DNA of 36,585 nt from a virus (Duplodnaviria > Caudoviricetes). The translations under genes were made by a program, and so were the position numbers. Of the stretch, positions 1 to 8,321 are shown in pieces. The notes under the pieces were generated by a model. It made no database searches, was not told the origin of the DNA, and was given only the letters and a program-made list of their open reading frames with translations. Positions within the stretch are counted from its first letter, which is position 1. Each line of letters begins with the position of its first letter. The DNA is taken from the IMG/VR virus record IMGVR_UViG_3300032274_000025, positions 1 to 36,585 of that record, one strand, 5' to 3'.

Positions 1-127
1 GCGACGGCGAATGGAGGCGGTAGCGTTCGCCGAGGCTGGCTGGGAAGAGGCGCAGAACGACTATGCGCCAAGTTCTTCCGATGGCTTCGCTGACACCCAT
101 ACCCATCGGATGCTGACCGCGGCCGGG
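1..127. repeat. Terminal direct repeat, copy 1 (circular assembly overlap)
   Basis: 1-127 is identical to 36459-36585, and an ORF reads in frame across the join. Confidence 0.97.
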
Positions 128-144
128 CTGTTGGCGGCCAGCGA

Positions 145-1359
145 ATGAGCGCGCGTCTGCTGCTGGGTGACTGCCTGGAGAGCATGCGCGCGATGCCGGA
201 CAACTCCGTTGACTCGCTCGTGTGCGACCCGCCAGCGGGCATCTCGTTCATGGGTCGCTCTTGGGACGGCGACAAGGGCGGGCGCCGTCAGTGGGTCGCG
301 TGGCTCGCCGAGGTGCTGTCAGAGGCTCGACGTGTCGTGAAGCCCGGGGGCCATGCGCTGGTCTGGGCGCTGCCTCGGACGTCGCACTGGACGGGATGGG
401 CTGCCGAGGAGGCAGGGTGGGAGGTTCGCGACAACGTGGCGCACTGCTTCTGGAGCGGCATGCCCAAGGGCGGGAGCATCGGGTCGCGGATTGATGCGAT
501 GGCCGGGGCTGAGCGGGAGGTGGTTGGGCATCGCGACAAAGTGGATTCTTTCGGGGATGGTGCTGGCAATCACGTCTACGGCGGTGGTCCCGACCACGGC
601 GGCAGGATGGCAATCACCGCCCCAGCAACCCCCGAAGCCGCGAAGTGGGAGGGCTGGCACACTCACCTGAAGCCGGCCTATGAGAATTGGTGGCTCCTCC
701 GCAAGCCGCTCGCCGAGTCGTCAATCGCCCGGCAGGTGCTCGCCACCGGAACCGGGGCGCTGCACATCGACGCGTGTAGGTTCGCGCAGGGGTCGAGCGA
801 ATGGCCGGGTCCGCAGGAGGGCAAGCCTGCAGGGGTCGGTGCATACGTGCCGAACAACGAAAACCAAGTGTACGGCGCGGGCATGGGCGGCGGGGAATGG
901 ATCGACAAGGGTGGCCGCTACCCCGCAAACCTCGTTCACTTCGCCAAGCCGTCCCGAGCCGAGAAGGAGCGAGGCTGCGAGGGCCTGCCTCCGATGCTGT
1001 CAACCGACGTGACGGGGCGTGAACCCGGAAGCCCCGGGCAGTTGAACGGGATGTCAGGGATGACCCGACGCGGCGACATCCGCAACCATCACCCGACGCC
1101 AAAGCCGATCGCCTTGATGCGGTGGCTCGTGCGACTCGTGACGCCCGATGGCGGGACATGCCTTGACTGCTTCATGGGTTCGGGCACCACAGGCGTGGCA
1201 TGCAAACTCGAGGGCTTCGACTTCATCGGCTGCGAGCTCGACCCCGCCTACCTTGACATCGCCCGCGCTCGCATCAAGCACGCAGCGCCCGGCCAAGAGG
1301 TCGAGGGCGGCAACGACCACGAGCCCGACGGGCCATACCAGCCGGGGCTGTTCGGATGA
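145..1359 (+). CDS. DNA N6-adenine/N4-cytosine methyltransferase (beta class)
   Basis: N-terminal GDCLE, catalytic DPPA (DPPY-type), HPTPKP, and C-terminal SAM-binding DCFMGSGTTG; ATGA overlap with the upstream ORF. Confidence 0.92.
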   Translation: MSARLLLGDCLESMRAMPDNSVDSLVCDPPAGISFMGRSWDGDKGGRRQWVAWLAEVLSEARRVVKPGGHALVWALPRTSHWTGWAAEEAGWEVRDNVAHCFWSGMPKGGSIGSRIDAMAGAEREVVGHRDKVDSFGDGAGNHVYGGGPDHGGRMAITAPATPEAAKWEGWHTHLKPAYENWWLLRKPLAESSIARQVLATGTGALHIDACRFAQGSSEWPGPQEGKPAGVGAYVPNNENQVYGAGMGGGEWIDKGGRYPANLVHFAKPSRAEKERGCEGLPPMLSTDVTGREPGSPGQLNGMSGMTRRGDIRNHHPTPKPIALMRWLVRLVTPDGGTCLDCFMGSGTTGVACKLEGFDFIGCELDPAYLDIARARIKHAAPGQEVEGGNDHEPDGPYQPGLFG

Positions 1360-1625
1360 GTTGGACCATCGACGTCCTCGGCTCCTGCTGGCGATGGGGC
1401 AACTACTCGCTGACCCGTGGCGGCGATGACCTCTGGCACGTGTACCTCTTCCGCGGTGGCGTGTTGCGCCCGGTCGGTGAGCTGCGCGAGCCAAGCGTAG
1501 AGAAGGCCCGACGATGGGCCACGCGAATCGCTTCGGGGCAATTCCGTCCCGGGGTCGGCAGTGTTCAGGACGCGGGAGACCGTGCATCAGGCGGGGCACT
1601 GCCGACCCGAAGCGAGGCGAGATGA
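1356..1625 (+). CDS. Hypothetical protein
   Basis: ATGA overlaps at both ends. Confidence 0.7.
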   Translation: MSWTIDVLGSCWRWGNYSLTRGGDDLWHVYLFRGGVLRPVGELREPSVEKARRWATRIASGQFRPGVGSVQDAGDRASGGALPTRSEAR

Positions 1626-1927
1626 ACCAACAGGGAGGGGCTATGCCATTGCCTACAGAGGCGCATTCAACGTGGCAGACAGTTCGCATCGGAGACGACT
1701 TCGGTGATGTCGATGACGCTCCGCAGGTAGGCCCCCGCGGCGGGCGTCGTGTTCCGGTCGCCATCGTGTGGCGGCCGAACGGCACTGGCCTGTTCCGGCT
1801 CGTGAACCAGGAGGGTAAGACGGCGCTTTTCCCCTTCGTGAAGTGGCACAACGGCAGCAGGCCGATTCACCGCAGACCGACCTATCGGTACACGCCGGTG
1901 CGTGAGTGGCTGAAGGGGACAGCGTGA
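1622..1927 (+). CDS. Hypothetical protein
   Basis: ATGA overlap at 1622 (alternative ATG at 1643 after GGAGG); stop overlaps the rusA GTG. Confidence 0.65.
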   Translation: MNQQGGAMPLPTEAHSTWQTVRIGDDFGDVDDAPQVGPRGGRRVPVAIVWRPNGTGLFRLVNQEGKTALFPFVKWHNGSRPIHRRPTYRYTPVREWLKGTA

Positions 1928-2331
1928 TCACCTTCACCATCCCCGGCCAGCCGGTCCCGAAGGGACGCCCTCGCTTCTGGGGAGGACGAGCCGTCACACC
2001 GAAGCGGACGCGCGAGTATGAGGCGCGCGTCAAGAGTTACGCCCGGCTGGCGATGGCCGAGCACGGGACGCTCGACGGGCCAATCAGGGCGGAGGTCGTC
2101 GCGGTGTTCCGCCGGCCGAAGCGGCTGCTGAGGAAGAAGGACCCGGCTGGCCGGATGTGGCACGCCGGAAGCGAGGACCTGGACAACGTGGTGAAGTCGA
2201 CGCTGGACGGCATCAACGGCACCATCTACGTCGACGACAAGCAGGTATGCAGCATCGGCGCGGTCAAGGTGTACGCCGCCAAGGGCGAGGCCGAGCACGT
2301 CGAGGTGACGCTGTGCCGGCTGAAGGGATGA
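1924..2331 (+). CDS. rusA: RusA-family Holliday junction resolvase
   Basis: FTIPGQPVPKGRPRF, DLDNVVKSTLDG and DDKQV catalytic motifs. Confidence 0.92.
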   Translation: MITFTIPGQPVPKGRPRFWGGRAVTPKRTREYEARVKSYARLAMAEHGTLDGPIRAEVVAVFRRPKRLLRKKDPAGRMWHAGSEDLDNVVKSTLDGINGTIYVDDKQVCSIGAVKVYAAKGEAEHVEVTLCRLKG

Positions 2332-2540
2332 CCTGCGTGTGGTGCCACGGCACCCATGAGTGCTGCGCATGCGCCGCGTACACGACGCCGGACGGGTGCG
2401 CGCACTGTCAGGGGTCGGGACGCTGCCACGCGTGCCTCGAGTTGCCGTTGCGGCGACGCGTTGGCTCGGACCTGACGATCGACGATGCGAGTCAGGACGG
2501 GATGCAGATGGCGGTTGACTACTTCTTGGAGGGGACATGA
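2328..2540 (+). CDS. Small Cys-rich protein, DnaJ-like zinc finger
   Basis: CVWCHGT, CCAC, CAHCQGSGRC, CHAC; ATGA overlaps at both ends. Confidence 0.7.
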   Translation: MTCVWCHGTHECCACAAYTTPDGCAHCQGSGRCHACLELPLRRRVGSDLTIDDASQDGMQMAVDYFLEGT

Positions 2541-3436
2541 TCGAAGACATCGAGAAATACCACGTCGCCGGCTCTATCTCTGGGGGCAAGGACTCCTGTG
2601 CGATGTGGCTGCACCTGCGCGAGATGGGCGTGGAGATTGATCCAGTGTTCATGGATACCGGATGGGAGTCCGACGCCACGTACATTTATCTAGACCGCCT
2701 GGAGGACTACTTCGGCACCGAGATCAAACGCATTTCAGACCCCGGGCCAGCGCTGACAGAAGAGACAGCGCCCGTCGTCGAACGCTTCGAGAAGATGGTT
2801 GGCCGTCGCTCATCCATGGTTCGTTGGATTGTCCACAAGGGAACGTTTCCGAGTCGCGGTCGGCGCTGGTGTACCCAGCAACTCAAGATTGCACCGATGA
2901 AGTTGTACCTGGACAGCATCGAGGACGCAGAACCCCTGAATGCAGTTGGCATCCGCGCGGAAGAGTCGGTCAAGCGGGCGGCGCTTCCGGTGTTTGAGTA
3001 TTCCGAGAAGTGGAAGTGCGACGTGTGGCGTCCCGTTCACGGATTCACGTTCGCCGATGTCGTGGACATCCACAGCAGGCATGGGCTAGAGCCGTGCGAC
3101 CTGTACCTAGACGGGGCCAAGCGACTGGGCTGCTGGCCATGCATCTACGCGTGCAAATCGGAACTGCGCACCATCGGAAGGCGGGATCAAAAGAGGGTCG
3201 CAACGCTTCGGGCCATGGAGGAGTGGCTTACCGAGAAGAAGAACGCCAAGCGTGGATGGTTTCAGAACCGGCGAGACCAGACCGACGGAACTCCATGGCA
3301 CATTGACGAGGTGTTGACATGGGCCAACACCTCACGGGGAGGGCGACAGCCCGAGTTGTTCACGGCGCACAAGCGCGACCGGGGTTGCATGGACTGGGGC
3401 CTATGCGACACCGGAGGCGGCAGCGATGAAGCGTAG
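2537..3436 (+). CDS. PAPS reductase-family (PP-loop, CysH/DndC-like) protein
   Basis: SGGKDS PP-loop, DTGWE, RWCTQQLK, GIRAEES..R, RLGCWPC. Confidence 0.9.
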   Translation: MIEDIEKYHVAGSISGGKDSCAMWLHLREMGVEIDPVFMDTGWESDATYIYLDRLEDYFGTEIKRISDPGPALTEETAPVVERFEKMVGRRSSMVRWIVHKGTFPSRGRRWCTQQLKIAPMKLYLDSIEDAEPLNAVGIRAEESVKRAALPVFEYSEKWKCDVWRPVHGFTFADVVDIHSRHGLEPCDLYLDGAKRLGCWPCIYACKSELRTIGRRDQKRVATLRAMEEWLTEKKNAKRGWFQNRRDQTDGTPWHIDEVLTWANTSRGGRQPELFTAHKRDRGCMDWGLCDTGGGSDEA

Positions 3437-3512
3437 ACGACTAGCAGCATGGCTCGTGCTGGCCTTCGTGGCTGCCATCGTGACCGCGCTGGCGCTTCTG
3501 GGGGTGGTATGA
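3426..3512 (+). CDS. 28-aa membrane peptide (below ORF-track cutoff)
   Basis: MKRRRLAAWLVLAFVAAIVTALALLGVV; fills the gap and its stop overlaps the next ATG. Confidence 0.55.
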   Translation: MKRRRLAAWLVLAFVAAIVTALALLGVV

Positions 3513-3724
3513 CCCTGCCCGATGACGGCTGGTACGTCTTCACGACAGAGGGCGTCACGTCCCGACCGCTCAAGGGTGCGTGGGCGGAGCTCTACCTCGC
3601 CGACCTGAAGGCCCGGGGCAAGTCGGGAACGATGCGCCGAGTCCCAGCACCCCCGCCGTACGTGGCGCCGCTAGAGCGCCGTCCGCGGTTGGTCGAGATG
3701 TGGAGGGGTGATGCGGGTAGGTAG
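3509..3724 (+). CDS. Hypothetical protein
   Basis: MTLPDDGWYVF...; ATGA overlap. Confidence 0.6.
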   Translation: MTLPDDGWYVFTTEGVTSRPLKGAWAELYLADLKARGKSGTMRRVPAPPPYVAPLERRPRLVEMWRGDAGR

Positions 3725-4409
3725 TCTCTTCGCTGGCATTGGTGGCCTTGAACTCGGCATTGAGTCCGCGCTGGATGCGGAGACTATTTGGCAGGTTGAG
3801 ATCGACCCATTCTGCCGGCAGGTGCTCACGAAACATTGGCCAGAGGCGACACGGTATGACGACATCAGAGGGCTCACAGGGCTTGCTTCCGTTGACATCA
3901 TCTGCGGGGGGTTCCCCTGCCAGGACCTTAGCGGCGCCAACCACCGAGGCGGCGACGGGCTCGCAGGCGCCCAAAGTGGCCTCTGGTTCGAAATGCTCCG
4001 AATCATCCGAGAGTGTCGGCCGCGCTTCGTCGTCATCGAGAACGTCTCTCGACTCGCTCGGAGGGGTCTGGACGTCGTTGTCAGTGGGCTCGTCGATGAA
4101 GGTTTCGAGGTGGAAGCCACGCGCATCGAGGCCGGAATGGTGGGCGCACCCCATCACCGGGAACGCCTACTCATCGTGGCTAGCCACCCCGACAGAGACA
4201 GCGAACCAGTGGGCGCCAAGCATGGCAAAATGGCCCGGATGTGCGGCTCTACAACGATGGTTTCGCGCGAGTGGCGCAACGTTCGAATGGCTGATGGGAT
4301 TCCCCATCGGATGGACAGACGTCGAATGAGGGCGCTTGGCAATGCCGTGGTGCCCCGGGTTGGCGCCATCGCCGGGGCGCGAATCGCAGAGGTGCTACAT
4401 GCCCTGTGA
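3711..4409 (+). CDS. DNA cytosine-5 methyltransferase, alpha-type subunit (motifs I-VIII and X)
   Basis: FAGIGG (I), GGFPCQDLS (IV), IENV (VI), HHRERL (VIII), ALGNAV (X); no motif IX in this frame; GGAGG RBS. Confidence 0.92.
   Translation: MRVGSLFAGIGGLELGIESALDAETIWQVEIDPFCRQVLTKHWPEATRYDDIRGLTGLASVDIICGGFPCQDLSGANHRGGDGLAGAQSGLWFEMLRIIRECRPRFVVIENVSRLARRGLDVVVSGLVDEGFEVEATRIEAGMVGAPHHRERLLIVASHPDRDSEPVGAKHGKMARMCGSTTMVSREWRNVRMADGIPHRMDRRRMRALGNAVVPRVGAIAGARIAEVLHAL
3856..4329 (+). CDS. Putative nested beta subunit of the C5-MTase (+1 frame, carries motif IX)
   Basis: Open frame ending in FEWLMGFPIGWTD (motif IX-like), preceded by WLATPT; ATG 3856 with GAGG upstream; start uncertain. Confidence 0.7.
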   Translation: MTTSEGSQGLLPLTSSAGGSPARTLAAPTTEAATGSQAPKVASGSKCSESSESVGRASSSSRTSLDSLGGVWTSLSVGSSMKVSRWKPRASRPEWWAHPITGNAYSSWLATPTETANQWAPSMAKWPGCAALQRWFRASGATFEWLMGFPIGWTDVE

Positions 4410-4584
4410 AACGTGCGGCGGACTCAAGACGATCGGCCAACGTGTCGCCGGTGGCTTCGAGGGCGTGCCTTGCCCCGTCTGCCGTCCGTGGCCCGACCAC
4501 GAGAAGACGATGCGTGAACGATACAACGATCTGCGACCCGGGTGCTCCTATGCGGAGTGGGTTCGCAGCATGGGGGTGAAGTGA
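4399..4584 (+). CDS. Small zinc-finger protein
   Basis: CETCGG...CPVC; GAGG RBS. Confidence 0.6.
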   Translation: MPCETCGGLKTIGQRVAGGFEGVPCPVCRPWPDHEKTMRERYNDLRPGCSYAEWVRSMGVK

Positions 4585-4775
4585 TGAAGACCGCATGCCC
4601 GAAGTGCAAAGCGCTGACGCAGAGCAGGACGTGGAGGCCACCCAGCGCCAAGAACTTCGTAGAGGTGTACGAGTGCGGGAGCGTGTACTTGTGGGGGCTG
4701 TTCAGCGTTACGAAGGAACGGGAGTTACTGCCATGCGTCCAGATCGAGCAGGAGGACGACCCATGTACCACCTGA
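4584..4775 (+). CDS. Small Cys-containing hypothetical protein
   Basis: CPKC, YECGS; TGATG overlap. Confidence 0.6.
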   Translation: MKTACPKCKALTQSRTWRPPSAKNFVEVYECGSVYLWGLFSVTKERELLPCVQIEQEDDPCTT

Positions 4776-4852
4776 AGTTTGACGGCCTCCGCACCAACGG
4801 CAAGCACTGGAAGCCCGACCCGGGTTGGACGTGTCCGAGGTGTCGGTCATGA
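4763..4852 (+). CDS. 29-aa peptide with CPRC
   Basis: GGAGG RBS; stop overlaps the next ATG. Confidence 0.45.
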   Translation: MYHLKFDGLRTNGKHWKPDPGWTCPRCRS

Positions 4853-5034
4853 CCCGCCCGCTACACCGACCGCTGCGCAAGCCGCTCACGCTGGGGCTAC
4901 GGAGGGGCAGCCAAAGCCTCGATGCCACCCGGGCATTCAGCGGGTGGCGAGCGATGCCCAACGTGTACGGCGTCACGTTGCGGGGCTGCTTGATGGCGGC
5001 CACACACGTCGACATGAGGCGGCGCACGCGCTAG
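4849..5034 (+). CDS. Basic hypothetical protein
   Basis: ATGA overlap; end of the coupled chain. Confidence 0.45.
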   Translation: MTRPLHRPLRKPLTLGLRRGSQSLDATRAFSGWRAMPNVYGVTLRGCLMAATHVDMRRRTR

Positions 5035-5048
5035 ACTGACAGACCACA

Positions 5049-5143
5049 GTCGGACCGTGACCCGACGCAATCAAAGTATGCCCCACGGGGCAACACGCAG
5101 CCGCTCCCCGATGCGTCACGGCTCGGGTGAGCGGCCATGCGTG
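5049..5143 (+). ncRNA. Candidate structured cis-RNA element A (three hairpins, kissing loops)
   Basis: GTCGG/CCGAC stem, TGCCCC/GGGGCA stem, GCCGCTC-CCCGA/TCGGG-T-GAGCGGC stem; loop segments CCGTGAC and GTCACGG are complementary. Confidence 0.5.
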
Positions 5144-5153
5144 GAGGCAAGAC

Positions 5154-6395
5154 ATGGACCCTGACGAAATGCCGCCATGGCTGGACGAGGAGTCACCACA
5201 ACCCATCGACCTGACCGGCGGGCCGCCAGCAAACGAGCCGGACCACCTAGCGCATGCGGCGCTTGACATGGTGCATACGCGCTACTCGTCCTATCCGAAG
5301 AAGAGCAAGCGAAACATCGCCCTCATCCTCGAACTCGACCGCCGGTGGAAGGATGAGATTCGCCTCAACCTCTTCGATGGTCAGGTCTACATCCGGGGTG
5401 CCGCGGTCGACGACACGTCAGAGACTGAGATCGCCATCTGGATTGACCGGCACTACGGCATCGACGCGTCGACGGTGATGGTGAGTGAGATCGTTCGGCT
5501 CATCGCGACCCGGCACTCCTATCACCCCATCCGTGATTACATGGCGGGCCTTGAGTGGGACGGCACCGAGCGGGTAAAGCACCTGCTTCGGGACTTCTTC
5601 GGGGCAGATGACACCCCCCTGAACCGCGTGCTGGCTCGCTGCTTCCTCGTCTCGTGTGTCGCCCGGGTCATGGTGCCCGGCTGCAAGGTGGACACCGTGC
5701 TCATCCTGAAGGGCTTGCAAGGCAAGGGCAAGAGCGAAGGCTTCCGGGCGCTCGCCTCTGACGACTGGTTCAGCGACTCGGCGATCGAGATGGGGCATAA
5801 GGACGGGTACGGCGCGCTCAACGGTGTTTGGATTTACGAGTTCGGTGAGCTCGACAGCCTCAACCGCAAAGAGGCAGCGACGGCCAAGGCGTTCTTGTCC
5901 GGCCGCACCGACCGCTACCGCCCCAGCTACGGGCGCAACTTCATCACCCAGAAGCGGCAGACCGTCATCGTGGGCACGACCAACGAGGAGACGTTCTTGA
6001 AGGACGCCACGGGATCACGGCGGTACTGGCCTGTCGAGGTGCATGACCCCGACGTGGAAGGCATCGAGAAGGCGAGGGATCAACTCTGGGCCGAGGCGTT
6101 GCAACTCTACAAAGAGGGTTGGACGTGGTGGCTTTGGGAGACACAGGCCGATGAACTGCGAGCTGCGTCTGAGGTGTGGCGGGATGTCGATGTGTGGGAC
6201 AGCGAGGTAAGGCGATGGTGCCAGGGGCGCGTGTTCGTGACGGTTTTCGAGGTGCTTGATCAGGCAATCAAGATGCCAGCCGACCGCATGAGCAAAGGCG
6301 CGCAGATGAGGGTGGCGAAGGTGCTACAAGCGGCAGGGTGGCGGAAGTGCAGGCAGGGGATCGACCGAGTGTCGGGATGGGAGCCGCCGGAGTGA
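5154..6395 (+). CDS. VapE/VirE-family P-loop ATPase (putative replicative helicase)
   Basis: YHPIRDY, PGCKVD, Walker A GLQGKGKS, WIYEFGEL, YRPSYGR, GTTN, DATGSRRYWP; ATG 5154 with GGAGG (ORF track starts at GTG 5127). Confidence 0.9.
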   Translation: MDPDEMPPWLDEESPQPIDLTGGPPANEPDHLAHAALDMVHTRYSSYPKKSKRNIALILELDRRWKDEIRLNLFDGQVYIRGAAVDDTSETEIAIWIDRHYGIDASTVMVSEIVRLIATRHSYHPIRDYMAGLEWDGTERVKHLLRDFFGADDTPLNRVLARCFLVSCVARVMVPGCKVDTVLILKGLQGKGKSEGFRALASDDWFSDSAIEMGHKDGYGALNGVWIYEFGELDSLNRKEAATAKAFLSGRTDRYRPSYGRNFITQKRQTVIVGTTNEETFLKDATGSRRYWPVEVHDPDVEGIEKARDQLWAEALQLYKEGWTWWLWETQADELRAASEVWRDVDVWDSEVRRWCQGRVFVTVFEVLDQAIKMPADRMSKGAQMRVAKVLQAAGWRKCRQGIDRVSGWEPPE

Positions 6396-6540
6396 GAATC
6401 CGACGCACCACACCTAAAACGGCCACAGAAACTATTTGTTTTATTCCAATGCCCCACTACCCATAAAAAGGTGAGGAGGTGTGTCAGAGTGGCTTCCAGT
6501 GCGGCCGCACACCTCGGACGCACCTCGCCACACCTCATGG
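6396..6540. other. Putative replication origin (CACCT iterons and AT-rich core)
   Basis: CACCT at 6411, 6510, 6521, 6531 and inverted AGGTG at 6469, 6477, around an AT-rich tract AAACTATTTGTTTTATTCCAAT; lies directly after the VapE gene. Confidence 0.55.
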
Positions 6541-6549
6541 TGATAGGAT
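6539..6549 (+). promoter_or_regulatory. Possible extended -10 promoter for the packaging genes
   Basis: TGA-TAGGAT just upstream of ATG 6556; shares TGGTGATAG with the promoter at 35795. Confidence 0.35.
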
Positions 6550-6555
6550 GGTCAT

Positions 6556-6921
6556 ATGGCAAAGAAGCCCCCTAGCAACGTAACGAAGCTCCAGATCGTA
6601 CCGCCTCCGCCCTCGGCGGAAGAGATGGCCGAGACGGATCGATTGAGCGTCCTGAAAGCAGTGAGGAGCATCGACGGGCTGATTGATGCGGCCATCACGA
6701 AGGCATCCGAGGGGCTGATCGACCAGCAGCAAGGGGCTCGGACTCTTCGGGGGGGGCTGGACCTCGAGCTAGCAAGGGCAGCTGCAACCTGGGTGCAGGT
6801 TCGCCGCGCGCTCATCGACAGCCACCCGGGGCTGATGAGCGTACAGGGCATCCACGCAGCGCCCGCCGATGTGACGCCGGAAGAGCTGGCGGCGATGATT
6901 GTCGAGGAGCTGGCAGGTTGA
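6556..6921 (+). CDS. Putative terminase small subunit
   Basis: Helical 121-aa protein overlapping the TerL start; positional inference only. Confidence 0.5.
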   Translation: MAKKPPSNVTKLQIVPPPPSAEEMAETDRLSVLKAVRSIDGLIDAAITKASEGLIDQQQGARTLRGGLDLELARAAATWVQVRRALIDSHPGLMSVQGIHAAPADVTPEELAAMIVEELAG

Positions 6922-8321
6922 GCCTGACTGATGCTGAGGTGCTCGAGGGGTGTCGCCGCATGTCGAACGACAAGCGGCAAGAGATGGCGGCGCGTATCGC
7001 AGCGAAACAGAGGCACAGGAAGGCGCACCCGCTCGCCTACGCCACGCTGTGGCACTCGGCCAAGACCAGCCAGCGTGACGCCGTGGCGTGCGTATTTGAC
7101 CCCTCCGTGACCGAGGTGTGGATGCTCGGGGGGAATCGGTCAGGCAAATCCGAAGGCGCAGCCATGACGGATATCGTTTGGGCGCTCGGTCGTGACCACC
7201 CCGACAGCCAAGCATGGGCGGCTCGCAACGGCATCGACATCTCGTGCGTGCAGCCGGGTCCGGGCCTCGTGTACAACGGAGCTCCGACCGGCAACGACTC
7301 GAGGCGGTACGTGAGGCCGAAGATCCGGAAGTACTGCCCGGAGGGGACTACGTATCGCTCATGGGGCAGCGACAACGAGGCTGAGGCCACGCTGCCGAAC
7401 GGCGGGCGCATCGTCTGCAAGACGGTCAAGCAGGGGCGCGAGGGTTGGCAGGGTGATGCTTGCCATTACGTCCGCTTCGACGAAGAGCCGTCTGATGGCG
7501 CCGTTGTGCGTGAGGCGATGGCTAGGCTGATCGACTTCGACGGGAAGATCTGCTTCTCGATGACGCCACTGAACGGGTGGACCGACCTGCTTGAGTCGCA
7601 CGTGCGCACGCCTGACCCTGATGTGCGTGTGCGCTGGCTGCATGGTGAGGACAACCCGCACATTCCGAACGAGGCCCTGAACCGCATCCTGTCCAAGTTC
7701 GGCGCCCATGAGCGGGACGCCCGGCTGCGTGGTGAGATCGTCGCCCTCGAGGGTCGGGTCTTCACGGACTGGCGCCGAGACATGCACGTCATCCCGTCGC
7801 AGCCTATCCCCGATGACTGGCTCCGGTTCGTCGGCTGGGACTTCGGCACGCGCAACCCGACGGCGGTGGTGTGGATGGCGCACGACCCGAAGGACGATGT
7901 GGTCCACGTGTACCGCCTGCACTACGAGGCTGACCGGACGTTGGCATGGCATGCCGAGCGGTTCACCAAGTTGTCAGAGGGCGAGGCCATCGAGTTCGTA
8001 TGCGCTGACTCTGCCGACCGTGGCGCGCGGCTCTCACTGGTGCAGGAGGGCATCACGACGGTAGCCAGCCGGAAGGGGCCGAACAGCATCCGCGACGGTA
8101 TCAACACGATCGCCGCCCGACTGGCCCCCGATGCCGAGGGCAGGCCGCACCTGGTCATCCACGAGTGCTGCACGGAGCTCATCAAAGAGATCGAGTCGTA
8201 CCGATGGGACACGACCAAGAAGAAGGGCGACATGGCTGATGCTCCGCTGAAGAAGCAAGACCACGCCATCGACGCTATGAGGTACGCTCTGACCATGTTT
8301 CAGCGAGGCGGGTATGTCTAA
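6918..8321 (+). CDS. terL: Terminase large subunit
   Basis: GGNRSGKS Walker A, RFDEE Walker B, SMTP, GWDFG nuclease motif, DHAIDAMRY. Confidence 0.95.
   Translation: MSLTDAEVLEGCRRMSNDKRQEMAARIAAKQRHRKAHPLAYATLWHSAKTSQRDAVACVFDPSVTEVWMLGGNRSGKSEGAAMTDIVWALGRDHPDSQAWAARNGIDISCVQPGPGLVYNGAPTGNDSRRYVRPKIRKYCPEGTTYRSWGSDNEAEATLPNGGRIVCKTVKQGREGWQGDACHYVRFDEEPSDGAVVREAMARLIDFDGKICFSMTPLNGWTDLLESHVRTPDPDVRVRWLHGEDNPHIPNEALNRILSKFGAHERDARLRGEIVALEGRVFTDWRRDMHVIPSQPIPDDWLRFVGWDFGTRNPTAVVWMAHDPKDDVVHVYRLHYEADRTLAWHAERFTKLSEGEAIEFVCADSADRGARLSLVQEGITTVASRKGPNSIRDGINTIAARLAPDAEGRPHLVIHECCTELIKEIESYRWDTTKKKGDMADAPLKKQDHAIDAMRYALTMFQRGGYV

Noticed and set aside
1-127. 127-bp terminal repeat as a biological DTR or att site
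   Set aside because: Its length equals a common assembler k-mer and it falls mid-gene, so it is best read as a circularisation overlap
2537-3436. Full Dnd phosphorothioation system or a sulfate-assimilation auxiliary gene
   Set aside because: No dndA/B/D/E or other cys genes recognised; family membership alone does not fix the function
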